A stretch of 43,946 nt of DNA from Anthoceros angustus (lineage: Eukaryota; Plantae; Anthocerotophyta): positions 1 through 43,946 of the forward strand of contig VJWM01000352.1 in the NCBI GenBank assembly GCA_010909165.1, written 5' to 3'. The translations under genes were made by a program, and so were the position numbers. This document shows, piece by piece, positions 25,298-36,747 of the stretch. Position 1 is the first letter of the stretch. Each line of letters starts with the position of its first letter. Under the pieces are notes generated by a model. It saw only the letters and a program-made list of their open reading frames with translations. It made no database searches and was not told the DNA's origin.

Positions 25298-25699
25298 GAT
25301 TCCTCGCAGGCTTCCTAGGTGCCACTCCCTACACACCCCATGATTCCTAGGTGCTGCAGGATTCCTTGCCATGTGGCTCCACCGTCCTCTATTTAGCAGC
25401 TCTACTTGTTATAAGCACCCTACACTACCTACCTTACATATTTATGGGCTATTATTCCTAATATACCCTATTTATCCACAACCTTACAACCTTGCATATA
25501 CAGCCCTTTTTAACAACTTCCTAGGTTGAAACCTACCTAATATGGAAAGTTTGCTTCCCAAGTATCCAAGTAGGGTGCCCACCACTCGCCCTGAGGAGAC
25601 CTGACCACTCCCTACGGTAGGGAGACACTCTCATCCTATCTACCTACCTAACTCTGCGAGGAGCCCCTCACACCCTACATCTACATGTCCACCATCACC

Positions 25700-25940
25700 C
25701 TACATACTACCACATATCCCTACTTGTTCCCTACATTTAGGGACGGTAAGGGGCGCGTAGGGACACGCCGCCCCTACCCACATATCCCTACTTATGGACA
25801 CGCACCGTCCTACCCACATATCCCCTACTTATGAACACGCACCGTCCTACCCACATACATACACGTAGGGACACGCACCTACCCACATACCCACATATCC
25901 CTACTTATGGACACGCACCGCCCCACCCACATACACCTCC
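25700..25940. repeat. About 36-bp minisatellite
   Basis: CCTACCCACATATCCCTACTTATGGACACGCACCG, about 4-5 degenerate units. Confidence 0.8.
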
Positions 25941-26929
25941 ACGTAGGGTGCACCTCCCACCCTACGTAGGGTCACCCTGTTACCCCACACCACCCCACGT
26001 GCCCACGTCCACTGCCACCCTACACCTCCTCCACGTAGGGTGCACCACTCAAACACTCTCCCAATTAGCTCTCATGTGACTTCTGCAAATATAACACCTC
26101 ACACAAAAGGCACCCCATCTCAGTGCTAATCCACCCTTAGGGCGCTTGACTCTGGAGTTCTTATACTTCACTATCCAACACACCAAATTGGCTGCACAAC
26201 ACTCAACCTGAATAAACTGGATTTATTCCCCGGTGAACTCCTCACGCCTCAACTCCTTCTCGTATCAACCCTCCTTGCTACCCATTCTCCTCGCGGCCAC
26301 CACAACGGCCTCCCTTCACTTTGACTTGCAGCCCCATTGCCCATCATCATGATGCACACCCGTTGTGATCCCTTCACCATGTTGCACCACCCGCAACACC
26401 GCCTTCCTATGGTTTGGCCACACCTCCATCTTGCAGCCCCATCACAATTCCGCCGTGAGTGCTCTACCACGGCCTTTCCTAGTTCAACACACGCCATCCT
26501 CACATCGTGACTCCATTGAGAGCACTTCCATGTGCCTCGGCACCGCCATGGCCTCCTCTTGCAACCCTTGTGGCTGCTCACCTCAACATGAGCTCCTCGC
26601 TCCCATCCTTGCACCGATTGCTCCTCTCTCGCATGCCGAGCTCCCAACCTAGAGCCCCGCAATGATCCACAATTCCACCATTACGGGCACTTGGCCCATC
26701 TTCCTGCAGCAACCCTTGCCACACATCTCTACCTAGCAGTCCTCCTTCTTGCAAAATCTCAGCAATATGAGCACCGCCCATGTCTCACTTCTTCCACACA
26801 TGTGGCAAATTACTTTGCCTTCCTCAAACTTGGTGGTGGTCCCCAATAATCAGGCCTTTGCCTCTGCAAGCCTATCAACAGCTACTTGTGCCTCAAGCTA
26901 CTTCCTTGGCTTAATTGCCTTCACCCTTT

Positions 26930-28839
26930 TCCTACCGTGGTAGGAGCTACTCCTACGCCGGTAGGTCATCAAAACGCTAGCTAGGCCGCTTACCTACAGT
27001 GGTAGGACATTCTCCTACCCATACCTACGGGGGTAGGAGTTCTCTCCACTTAGCCTACCGTGGTAGGAGTTTCTCCTACGGTGGTAGGATACCTCCTACC
27101 ACGGTAGGACATCTCCTACCGTTCACATATGTCTCCTACCCTCCTCACTAGAAGGTCATTTCGATCCGTTTCTTTTCCCCTAAGTATCCTCTCTGCCTTC
27201 CGTGACATCCCTGACTCCGGCTTCAATCGGAACAAAAACATTTCTCGCATGTTTCCACCAAACTATTTCTATCAAAAGAATTCGGACCTGCTCAAAAACA
27301 ACTCACTTAAACCAGTTGCCCAAACTTTTGCGTTCCACATACTCCCCTTCTCACCTGTTTGCGTCCTTGCAAACAACAGATACCTCGGGCTGAAGGTACT
27401 TCTTAACCTTCCACCCATTCACTCTAGTTGGCAGCAAATCCCCATCCAGCACTCGTGTTTGCACGGATCCATTCTCATACACTGCCACCACCTCATAAGG
27501 TCCCATCCATCTCAACCTAAGCTTCCAGGAAATCCATGACCTATCATATAGAAGAACCAAATCCGGCCATGATAGCCTCCTCCTTCCCATCATGCCTCTC
27601 CTTTCTAAGCTCCACAATTTGGTTTCTTCTAAAGCCTCTTCCCTCGTTCCTCATGCTCTATGAAAGACTCTAGTCTAACTTCACGACTCTCCTCTGATTA
27701 TCGCTCATCCCCATGATTCTATAGGTAGGTACCTCAAATTCAATGGGCATCATTCGTTAAATAATATGGTCTTCTTGGTAGTCACTTTCTCCGCTTTCTG
27801 TAAGCCCACAATGCTACATCTAAGATCTTCTTCACCGTGATTTACCTTTGAATAATGGCCTCCAACCTCTTACGCATGCAAAGCTTCTTTAAGAAGAAGC
27901 TTCCTTCCTTCAAACAACGTCGGATCTTCTCATCCAAACCAAGCTTGTATAAGACCCCATCTCTTAGACAATAAGGCCGCGACTCTAGGGAGAAAGACAG
28001 CACGCCCTTCCCTAGACAAACTATCCGCATGATTCCGTGCTCCAAGAAATTTCATACCTCACCATTCAATAACGTGGACATGGGAGTCCTTCACGTTCTA
28101 ACCTCCTCTTCCCATGCACTTTTCGCCACTTCCTGCTACCTCGCCCAGGACACGGGGGCGTGGCGCAGCCATGTACATTATGACCCGTGGGCCTTTGCTC
28201 CTTGCATCGGGCCTGCGGTATCACGCTGCGGTCGTCAACTTGCTCTTCTTGCAGCGGTGGTCACCGCCATGATAACCTTAGGCTCTGGCCCGAGCTAGCT
28301 CGCGCTCCTCGACAATACTCTCGACATGCCGTACCTCCACAAAAGTGGCTTCCTTGGCCGCCCATGAATTCGCCAATTCCTTTTCTGCGGTTTTCTGCAA
28401 GCTCCCTTGGATCGCGGTTTCTTCACGCTCCTTTCCATGCACACCATCCTCGAGCCGTCCCTACTCGAGGCTCCATCATCGCTTCCCACACCGCCATGTG
28501 TGGGAGTCCCTCCGCGATTTCTCCGTTTTCTCTTCTCCCTTTGCCAACCGTGGCCTCCACTTGCAGCCCTCTCTTGCTCACCCTTTCTCCTCGCTCGAAT
28601 CCCCAATTCATTAGGTTGCGGCATCTCACACAAAACTCCCTTCACGGATCCTTGGCTTTCTAACGGCATCAAGACTTGCTCTTCAGCCTCTAGGCCAGCC
28701 ACGTCTTGCTTGTTTCCATCTAGCTTGTTCACCATTGGATGTTGGTGCTGTGGCCACAACCCCGCCTTCAACTCGGCTCACAAAACTAGCTTCTCCCTAC
28801 ACGTCGATGCTGTAGGCATCCGTGCCTGCAGGTCGTGGA
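26930..28839 (-). mobile_element. Family A copy 3, 3' part (minus strand)
   Basis: Reverse complement of about 9460-11200. It continues on the far side of the 28840-38860 insertion. Confidence 0.85.
27390..28075 (-). pseudogene. Core-deleted integrase remnant, copy 3
   Basis: ORFs 27842..28045 (YCLRDGVLYKLGLDEKIRRCL) and 27351..27617 (KLRLRWMGPYEV...VNGWKVKKY). Same deletion as copy 2. Confidence 0.85.
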
Positions 28840-29449
28840 TGTCATGGTGTTGCTGTATGGGAAACAGAGCACCTAAGACTCTATGACTGAATCTTGTTTG
28901 GAGCATCACGGCATAAGCCACGATGCTAAAAGTGTGATGATGTCATGTACATGGCCCATGGATGGCACATGACATGTATGCCATGTATGCATGTGCCATG
29001 TATGCATATGCGTATGGAGATGAAGGATGACATGTGATGTATGTGGACATGTGGCGGTGATGTGTCATGGCGCATGCAATCTATATGCATGGTTATGCAT
29101 GTAAGGCGGTGCTATGGCGCATATATAGCAGATTTATATTAGAAAATACATAAAATCATAAATCAAGGAAAAGGCGAATAGGCTGTTAAACACATAAAAT
29201 ATTATTATTTGAAGGCCAAGGAAAGTAGGATTATAAAGTGCCCACCATCGATATGGGTGGACACTTCATCGAGAACTCCTGGGGGTTTTTGCCTATATAT
29301 GTGGGCACCCAGCCATGGATTCTTGGATTGTTGATGTTTGTCTTGTTCTAATAGGCAGCCATACTTCGTCCCAGCTGTGTCTTTGTCTCCTAGAGGTTCT
29401 TGTGGTTCATTGCATTACCAGGTTGGGAGAATTTTCCATCTTGATTTCA
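28840..29449 (+). repeat. Terminal repeat A1 (LTR-like, TGTCA...TTTCA)
   Basis: Highly similar to 38069-38657. Similarity stops after GATTTCAC. Confidence 0.9.
29294..29300 (+). promoter_or_regulatory. Putative TATA box (TATATAT) in repeat A
   Basis: GCCTATATATGT is present in both A copies. Confidence 0.6.
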
Positions 29450-29451
29450 CC

Positions 29452-29464
29452 ACATCAACAATCC
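29452..29464 (+). promoter_or_regulatory. Putative self-priming primer-binding site
   Basis: ACATCAACAATCC lies 2 nt after the terminal CA of A1 and is the exact reverse complement of GGATTGTTGATGT (29325-29337), about 31 nt downstream of the TATA start. No TGG-starting tRNA PBS is present. Confidence 0.75.
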
Positions 29465-29696
29465 TCTTGTTGGGGACTAAGATACTGATCTTGGAGGAGG
29501 CGTGGCGGAGATTGGAGGAAGAGGCGGAAGTCGTCCACCATCCAACCTGTGAGACAGTGCGATCCGAGAAGGTTGAGTGTTGCGAGCGCACTAAGAGATA
29601 GGCTGATGTTTTTCGATGGATGGTGCATATTGATTACATGACTTAGGTGTGGTAGTCTCACGATTCGAGTTAGCGAGTATGGAGAAGAGCATCGTC

Positions 29697-30720
29697 AGGC
29701 CGTTTGTGGATAGAGGCGGTGGATGTACTTTTACGGCTAGTTGGGTACGGTGGAAACAATTTGCCCTTTGACAACATCCGTGCGGTGGTCGGGGCATAGG
29801 AGAAGTAACCATTGATGGTGTTCCACGAGATCGGGGTGGGTGGAAAAGGACACTGCGTCTTCATCGGAGAAGTGCACGGCGTCTACTACTCGCCATTCAA
29901 GAGGACAGGAACAATACGAGACAACGCCCATCCACAAGGAGCAGTTCGGCGATTGGGCGGAGTGCAAGAATGGAGCTTGAGTTCACACCAAGTAAGAACG
30001 ATGTCTTCACAGAAAACATGGAAGCATGTCTCTTGCAGATTTCGAGGAGAAGTTTCGTTGGGCAATGGCGGAAAACAAGATGAAATACAAGGACGAGTTC
30101 ACTCGGAGGATGGCGTTCATGAAGATGTCATCCTACCTTGGTGAGGCTCTAATGTATTACGAGATGAGAAGGGGATCCCGAAGGTGGAGAAGAGCACGCA
30201 TACGTGGGCCGTTTGTGGATAGAGGCAGTGGATGTACTTTTCTGGCTAGCTGGTTGGGCTAACGGTGGAAACAATTTGCCCTTTGACAACATCCGTGCAG
30301 TGGTCAGGCATAGGAGAAGTAACCATTGATGGTGTTCCTGAGATCAGGGTGGACTGACGAAAGGACACCTGCGCCGTCTTCAGTCGGAGAAGTGCACGAC
30401 GTCTACTACTCGCCATTCAAGAGGACACCGGAACAATACAGAGACAACGCGCCAGTCACAAGGAGACAGTTCGGCGATTGGAGCGGAGAGTCTGCAAGAA
30501 TGGAGCTTGAGTTCACACCAAGTAAGAACGATGTCTTCACAGGAAAACATGGAAGCATGTCTCTTGCAGATTTCGAGGAGAAGTTTCGTTGGGCAATGGC
30601 GGAAAACAAGATGAAATACAAGGACGAGTTCACTCAGAGGATGGCGTTCATGAAGATGTCATCCTACCTTGCGGGTGAGGCTCTAATGTATTACGAGATG
30701 AGAAAAGGGATCACGAAGGT
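29697..30720 (+). repeat. About 510-bp tandem duplication in the gag 5' region
   Basis: GGCCGTTTGTGGATAGAGGC near 29697 and 30207. MSLADFEEKFRWAMAENKMKYKDEFT is encoded twice. Confidence 0.85.
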
Positions 30721-31350
30721 GGCCGAGAAGAAGCGGTGCAGAGGCGGCCAAGAGGGCTGGTTGCACCCCCTACGAGGACAAGCTCGAGCATCCGTGGACT
30801 TGATGTTCGCCAAGTTAACCACCATGTTTCCCTCACTTTGGAAAAGATCCAGAATTGTCGAGGTTTTCTTTCGGCCTAACGAGACATTGCGTGCATCTTA
30901 CCTCGTGAAGGTTACGGTGGAAGACACGGATGTCAAGGCGATGAGGAGGCTGAGATCTTCATGGCATTGCAGGCAAGAAGGAAGGTGATGGACTCGGCAT
31001 GGGCGATGGGAGAGATATCGGTTGATAGACGCCTATCAAATTGCCGAGAAGGTGCTCAAAGGAGATGCGATGGCAGCTTGGAGGATCACGGAGTCGTGAA
31101 GGGCCCTTCGCAAAGACGGGTCCGGAGGACACGGAATTCGAGTTTGTTCCAAGGATACCGATCGGGGGGCAGCATCCTCGTGGACATGGCAAGCAGCCAC
31201 ATGTGCCGAAGGAGAGGCCGACTAACAATGCAGTCAAGCGTGAAGTGTGGCGGATCTTGGAGCGCGTTGAATGCGACTACAAGCCGTGGTCGAAGGGCAA
31301 GCTGTAAGTCTTGTGGCGGATGGGGGCCATGGAGGCAGCGTGTTGGGAAG
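30326..31350 (+). pseudogene. Gag with CCHC zinc knuckle (frameshifted)
   Basis: ORF 30326..30988 contains YLAGEALMYY and FFRPNETLRA. CKSCGGWGH..AAC is rebuilt at about 31303-31345. Confidence 0.75.
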
Positions 31351-31829
31351 CTCATCCAGGCTGAAGCCCAAGCATCGGTGAGAAGGAGAAGGGCAAGGGC
31401 CCAAGTCGTAAGGCTCTCCTCGGGCAAGTGGAGGAGCTCAAGAAGGAGATGGCCAACATGGCCAGCGGCAGAGCGATTTTGTTCTCGACTCGATGAAGAT
31501 GAGGCGTTTGGCATGATGGCGGTGCGCAAGAAAAGAAAAGTGTTGACTTTGGTGAAGGCGTCCTGCGAAGGGAGTGCGGGCAGGAATCGACCAAGATGCC
31601 GAGAGTTAGCGGTCGAGGAAAACTCACGACGAAGGTGTCAAGATCGGTCGAGACATTGAGGCGTTCTGGACAAGGCCATGGAGGTGCTTGTAAGTCTTGT
31701 GGATCCGGGAGTGAAGGGCAACAACTTCAAAAACATCATGCGAGAATGGCTGAGAAAGGAGCTTGAATCCGGATCTCTTCCTAGTATGGCGGTTGTGTGG
31801 CGAGCATCGATGCCGAGGAGCGAGGTGAA

Positions 31830-32140
31830 GGAGGTGTTGCCATGATTGATAACACGGGACGACGTGACCTTTGATGGCTATGCTCCGATAACGTGCTTGT
31901 AGACCCAGGGGATCCGCACTGGGAGCACGAGTGGGAGGCACTAAAAGTGGACACAAGCTCGTTCGACGTGAACATCACCACCTCTGCAGTACCAAGGCAG
32001 TGCGGGAATGACGAGGAGGCCCGTGAAGATTGAATTGAAGCGCACGAAGGATGCACGTTGAAGTGAGATGTTTGGTCACGGTGCAAAGACATATGATGTC
32101 TTCTTGGGGTCGGACGGAACTCACCGTCCTGCCATGGGAG
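31830..32140 (+). pseudogene. Aspartic protease (frameshifted)
   Basis: MID-TG-like active site at about 31842-31859 and YDVFLGSD at about 32091-32115. Confidence 0.65.
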
Positions 32141-32557
32141 TTGATCCCTTGCACGCTGAAGCTTTCTACAGACCATTCTGGTGGAGAGGAGATTTCACGC
32201 ATGTTGCGCGAATTCCTCTAAGGATGAATAGGAGTGGTGGCAAGAGCAGGACGAGGATGACAGGCAGCGCCATGATTGCGCACAGTGCTCAGAGTGAGCA
32301 TCGACATGAGATGTGGGAGGAAACGCAGGAGTTATCCTCTCTGGAGATGCCGAAGCCAAGAGAGCAGAAGGGTGTGCTTAAGGTTGTGCGCTCAGAATAT
32401 TTGGATCAAGCGAGGGTTCGAGAAAACCAGCGAAGGAAGGAGGATCGACCGTGGAATCTCACAGACACATGTCCTGAGAGGTCGATCCCAGGTATGAGGC
32501 CTGCCAAGTCGGGAGATCGACGCATCGACGATGCTCTAGTACGATGGAAGGTGGCAA

Positions 32558-33365
32558 GGCATCCATTTGTTGGAGCTCGCTCAGAATCGTGATGCAGCGG
32601 TGTTGCGGTGTGGCGTCAAGATACGGCAATATACTGCGTGGAAAAGGATGAGAAGATTCGGGGGCTAGGGGTCAATCTCGGTTAAGCGATCCAAACACAT
32701 TGGCGAAGCGATTCGGTCGAGCGAGGCTGCCGACGTGAACTGGTTGGGAAGCGGCGGCTAGAAGCCTTGTCAAGCCGGTGGATATCTTGATCGCGGGATG
32801 GGAATGCAAGACATTTTCGGCGGCAAAGGTGAAGGCGTTTCGTTGGCGGCTCAAATCACGCGAGAAGTCCAGTTGCGAATCCACGATGTTGGTACATTCG
32901 AGAATGTGTGCGACCATGGACAAGCGTCCATTTGGGCCCTGTAGAGATTCGGGCGTGGTTCGCAATGAGTTGATCATGGACGCGTGCGGTGTGGCTCATA
33001 TGCACACAGCTTGCGATTCGGACAAATGTTGGAGGTGCTCGACAGAATTTGACAACTCGGCGGAAGGTCGTGGATGATATCCTAGAGTTGGGAAGGTGCT
33101 CACAACAGTGAAGAGGATGGACAAGTTGCCATTTTACCACAGTGAATCGAGTAGGGGAAGCCGAAGGGCATGGCCAACTCGGTGAGCACACCGCAATCTT
33201 ATGCCTTGAGGCCGGAGGAGATGGTGTGATTACGGATTTGAAGGGAATGAGCTTGGAGAGCTCAATGTTGAGCGAGCAAGCGATGGGCTTTGCCAAGAAG
33301 GACACTCGGACCATGGGCATCACGTCTGCAAGATGCGGGATGCTTGGGCAGCATTTGACCTGCGG
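32558..33365 (+). pseudogene. C5 cytosine DNA methyltransferase domain inside pol (frameshifted in this sequence)
   Basis: Ordered motifs rebuilt across indels: I GIHLLEL(F)xGI (32558); II AVLRCGVKIRQY..VEKD; IV PVDILIAGWEC(Q)D.S..GKGEG (Cys at 32805-32807); VI FENV (32897-32908); VIII MDA..CGSYAH.LR...TN (about 32976-33030); IX EQAMGF...T (about 33270-33306); X RCGMLGQ.FD (about 33331-33360). Confidence 0.85.
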
Positions 33366-33689
33366 TGGTGGTAAGCCAGCTTGGCGTTCCAACTGCGAAG
33401 GGAAGCGAAAGCCTTCCTCCAACTCTGCAGGATAAAGAGGTTCCTAAGGCAGGAAGATGAGTCCTGCGGAGAGATTCAAGATGGCCTGTGGATCGAACCC
33501 ACCAAGAGTGTGACGAAGAGGTTCATGTATGGCACATTGCGTAAGATGTGAGCCGGAAGATAGCGGAAAATCATCAACATGCTTGAGAAAAACAAGGGTG
33601 CTTTTGCATTCGAGTTGGAAGGAGCTGGTAGGTATGAGAAGATCAAGTTCAAAGTAGTGACGACTCATGAAGAGCCCATCTTGAAGGAG

Positions 33690-34290
33690 GCATCGCCTCG
33701 ATTCAGAATGGGAGATTGTTGACAAAGCGCCAAGAGTTGTTCAAGCGGGGTTGATAAGAAAATCAAGCTCTCAATATCTTTCTGCGGATCCTCGCTCAAG
33801 AAGGATGAGAACGGTGAATGGAAGGACAGGAGGATGTGTGGCGACTACCGACCTCTAAACGAGGTGACTCCTATGGAGCGGTACCCCATGCCTACTCAGA
33901 CGAGATTTTCGATGCCATAGGTAAGGCAAAGTTCTTTACCAGCTTGGACTTCCGCTCAGGCTTCAACCAAATTGTGATTGAAGAGCAGGACAAGTGCAAG
34001 ACAGCCTTCTGGGGGAAGGACCAGCTTTGGGAGTGGGAGACGATGCCGTTTGGGCTGAAGAATGCTTCTATATATTTCCAAAGAATTGCAGATCTGGAGC
34101 TGCAGGGGCTGCCATTTGTGCGTTGCTACATAGATGATATCCTGGTCTTCAGTGAGACAATCGAAGAACATATGGAGCATCTAGAGATATTGCTACAGGC
34201 TCAAGCTCAGTTTGAAAGCTCATCCTAAGAAATGCAAGTTTGCTTTCCAGCGGTCAGTATCCGGGGCATGAGATAGTACCGGAGGCATCA
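33690..34290 (+). pseudogene. Ty3/gypsy reverse transcriptase
   Basis: KKDENGEWKDRRMCGDYRPLN, then ORF 33818..34228 with FTSLDFRSGFNQI...KTAF...MPFGLKNA...YIDDILVFS...EHMEHL. Confidence 0.95.
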
Positions 34291-34499
34291 TGCCTCGGTG
34301 GCTAAGGTGCAGCCGTGATGCAAATGCCTAGACCAAAGGATGTAGCCGCTCTTAGAGCCTTCACGGTTTGGTGAACTATTACAGGAGGTTTATGAAGGAC
34401 CTCGGCCCACGTAAACCTCATGAGCTGTTGAAGAAAGACATTGTGTGGAAATGGGACCAAGACCGAGTTGGCTTGGCAAGATCTTGAGGACCGGTTAGA

Positions 34500-34860
34500 A
34501 GCCTATGCAGCCGGGCAATTTTGATCACCCTTTCACTCTGTGCACGGAGCATGCGGAATTGAGCGGTGTTGTCACAACATGGTGCGGTGTTGAGCGAGTG
34601 ATAGCTTATGCAAGCCGATCTAACAACTCCGCTGAAGTGAACTACTCCTCATATGAGGGAGAGTGTCTTGCTGCGGTATGGGCGATTCGCATTTGGTCTA
34701 TCTGTATGGAAGGCGTTTTCAATGGTCACGATCACCACTTCATTGGTGATGACCAACATGAAGTTGAGTGGTAAGCTAGCCGGTGTGGCCGCTGTCGAAA
34801 TCGATATGGAGATCGTGCAGGCGGGCAAGGTACATCACAATGCGGATGGGCTAAGCGAAA
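34500..34860 (+). pseudogene. Ty3/gypsy RNase H
   Basis: ERVIAYASRSNNSAEVNYSSYEGECLAAVWAI...KLSGKLA...AGKVHHNADGLS. Confidence 0.9.
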
Positions 34861-35089
34861 CCCTGAAAGTGACAAGGATGTCACAGCTCGGCAGGATGAG
34901 GGGCACATGATGGTGCACCCGGCTTCATGGCACTCATGGCGGGATAGATGATCATGAAGAAGGACATGTCGTGAGTCCGTCGAGGATGTTTGGAGACATC
35001 CTCAAGCCATCGATTCTTGAAGGAAGGCATGTGCAGAATGAGCGCTTGGCTAAACTCGGAAGGCGTGGCGGATACTCATGGGAAGATGG

Positions 35090-36070
35090 TGAGTCACTGC
35101 TCGGAAGGAGAACTCGTGAGGAAAGTACCAAGTCCCGAGGAAAGAGTGGGCATAAGACCACTTTGGTGTGACACCAATCATACGGGATGTATGTATCAGT
35201 GGTCTTGCATGTGATGCAGTCAAAGCTAGATTTAACACCGTGATGTGGTGTTGCACTCCCTACCAATCGTGGGGCTATTCTTTAGATGGTCGGTTGACCT
35301 TATGCGAGCTTCCTCTCACAAAGCAAGGTAACCGACATTGCATGGTCATGATTGAGCATTTCTCTAAGTGGGTTGAAGTAGCGTTCTTACCAGAGAACTC
35401 GCACACACCAGTGAGCTTTTCTCGATGTGTGCTCGATTTGGAGCTGCGGAGGTGCTCACTGAGACCGGGTAACGAGTTTCGAGGTGAATTCCGCACCTTG
35501 CTACGGAGTCTCATTGATCACGGGGAGGACATCGAGGATCATCCACAGCCGATGGCTGGCGTAGAAAACTAGTGCAGACCTTCAAGGATGCACTAAGGAA
35601 ATATTGACACCGTGGAGCCCAAGTGTTGGGATGAATTGCTCCCTTACATCGTGTTGGGGTACAGTGGTGTGTGCAAGCTCTTGGAAGTTTCATCCATACT
35701 TTTTGTTATTCGGACGCAGTTGCCGAATGTGGTGAAGGACACTTACTCCATCCACTGGAGCAAAGATGCAAATGTGTGCTTGGCAGTTCAAGCCGAGCAG
35801 TATTTCAAAGAATTCTTCCCATGGCTATGGACAATTTGGTGTGGCCCAAAGATCGGGACCCGGTGAGGTATACGCTGGGGCTCGTGGAAGCCCAAAGCCA
35901 AGTTTGCATCTGGAGATTACGTGTACTTGCAACTGCAAGCACGTTAGATGTCGACAGGAGGCTTATCTTGAGAGTTGTCAGTTGGTGAGCAAGGTGTGGT
36001 TGAACTTGAAGGAAGAGATGGCGAAGGTGCAAGGAACACATGAAGCATTTGGCTCCATGCCATTTGCACG
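35090..36070 (+). pseudogene. DDE integrase (zinc-binding, rve core and C-terminal regions; frameshifted)
   Basis: ELPLTKQGNRHCMVMIEHFSKWVEVAFLP, GNEFRGEF, LVQTFKDALRKY, WDELLPYIVLGY and HMKHLAPCHL. Confidence 0.85.
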
Positions 36071-36110
36071 ATGGATACACGAATGCCTCGGACACGACGC
36101 CACCAGCAGT

Positions 36111-36243
36111 TGCCACAGTGAGGAGTGTGGGCACACAACGAGAAGAATTCATGTTGCTATGTGACTGTGCGTGGTTACCATCTGCTTTGCCTCAAACCGA
36201 TCGAGTGTTCCGGAAGGAGAATGGCTATGTGAGCATGAATGTG
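36111..36243 (+). pseudogene. PHD finger at the pol C-terminus
   Basis: Rebuilt (C)EECG...EEFMLLCD.C.RGYHLLCLKP...VPEGEWLC..C, the C4HC3 PHD signature. Confidence 0.85.
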
Positions 36244-36747
36244 CTAAGTGTGAACGTGGCTCTTCGAAGGTGGTACCGAGGTTGTCTTAAATTCACACGT
36301 TGGAAGTCAAACAGCTGATTGGCAGTGCAGGAAGAAGGACACAAGATGCTTGGGGCCAAATTCACAAAATGGGATCTTGCACATGCTAAGGCGACGAGTT
36401 GTTGAAGCCGTTCTCGCATGTGCAAGGAATTGTGAGAGAGGAATTACGCATACGGAGGACAGGCGACAAGGGTCTAATTCCTCTAACGAGAGGCAAATTG
36501 GGCACACATAGCTGCGAGGAGCATCTCATTTTGGAAGAGGAACCTTTGCATGCAGGCCGGGCGGGGTTGAGAATTCCTCACAGTGTTTCTAAAGGTGGTT
36601 TCTTGGAGCTGGATAGAGCGCCATGGTCGCCCGTTTCATACGTGCATAGGAGAAGGCGTAAAGTCCACCCTATCGCAATTCACGGAAGGTGAAGCGTCGA
36701 GAGGAAGTGCCACCGTCACCAAGCGCAAGACGGCCACGCAAGCATCC

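Noticed and set aside
32558-33365. Bacterial restriction-modification methylase or contamination
   Set aside because: The domain is embedded collinearly between retroelement protease and RT, with no prokaryotic gene context.
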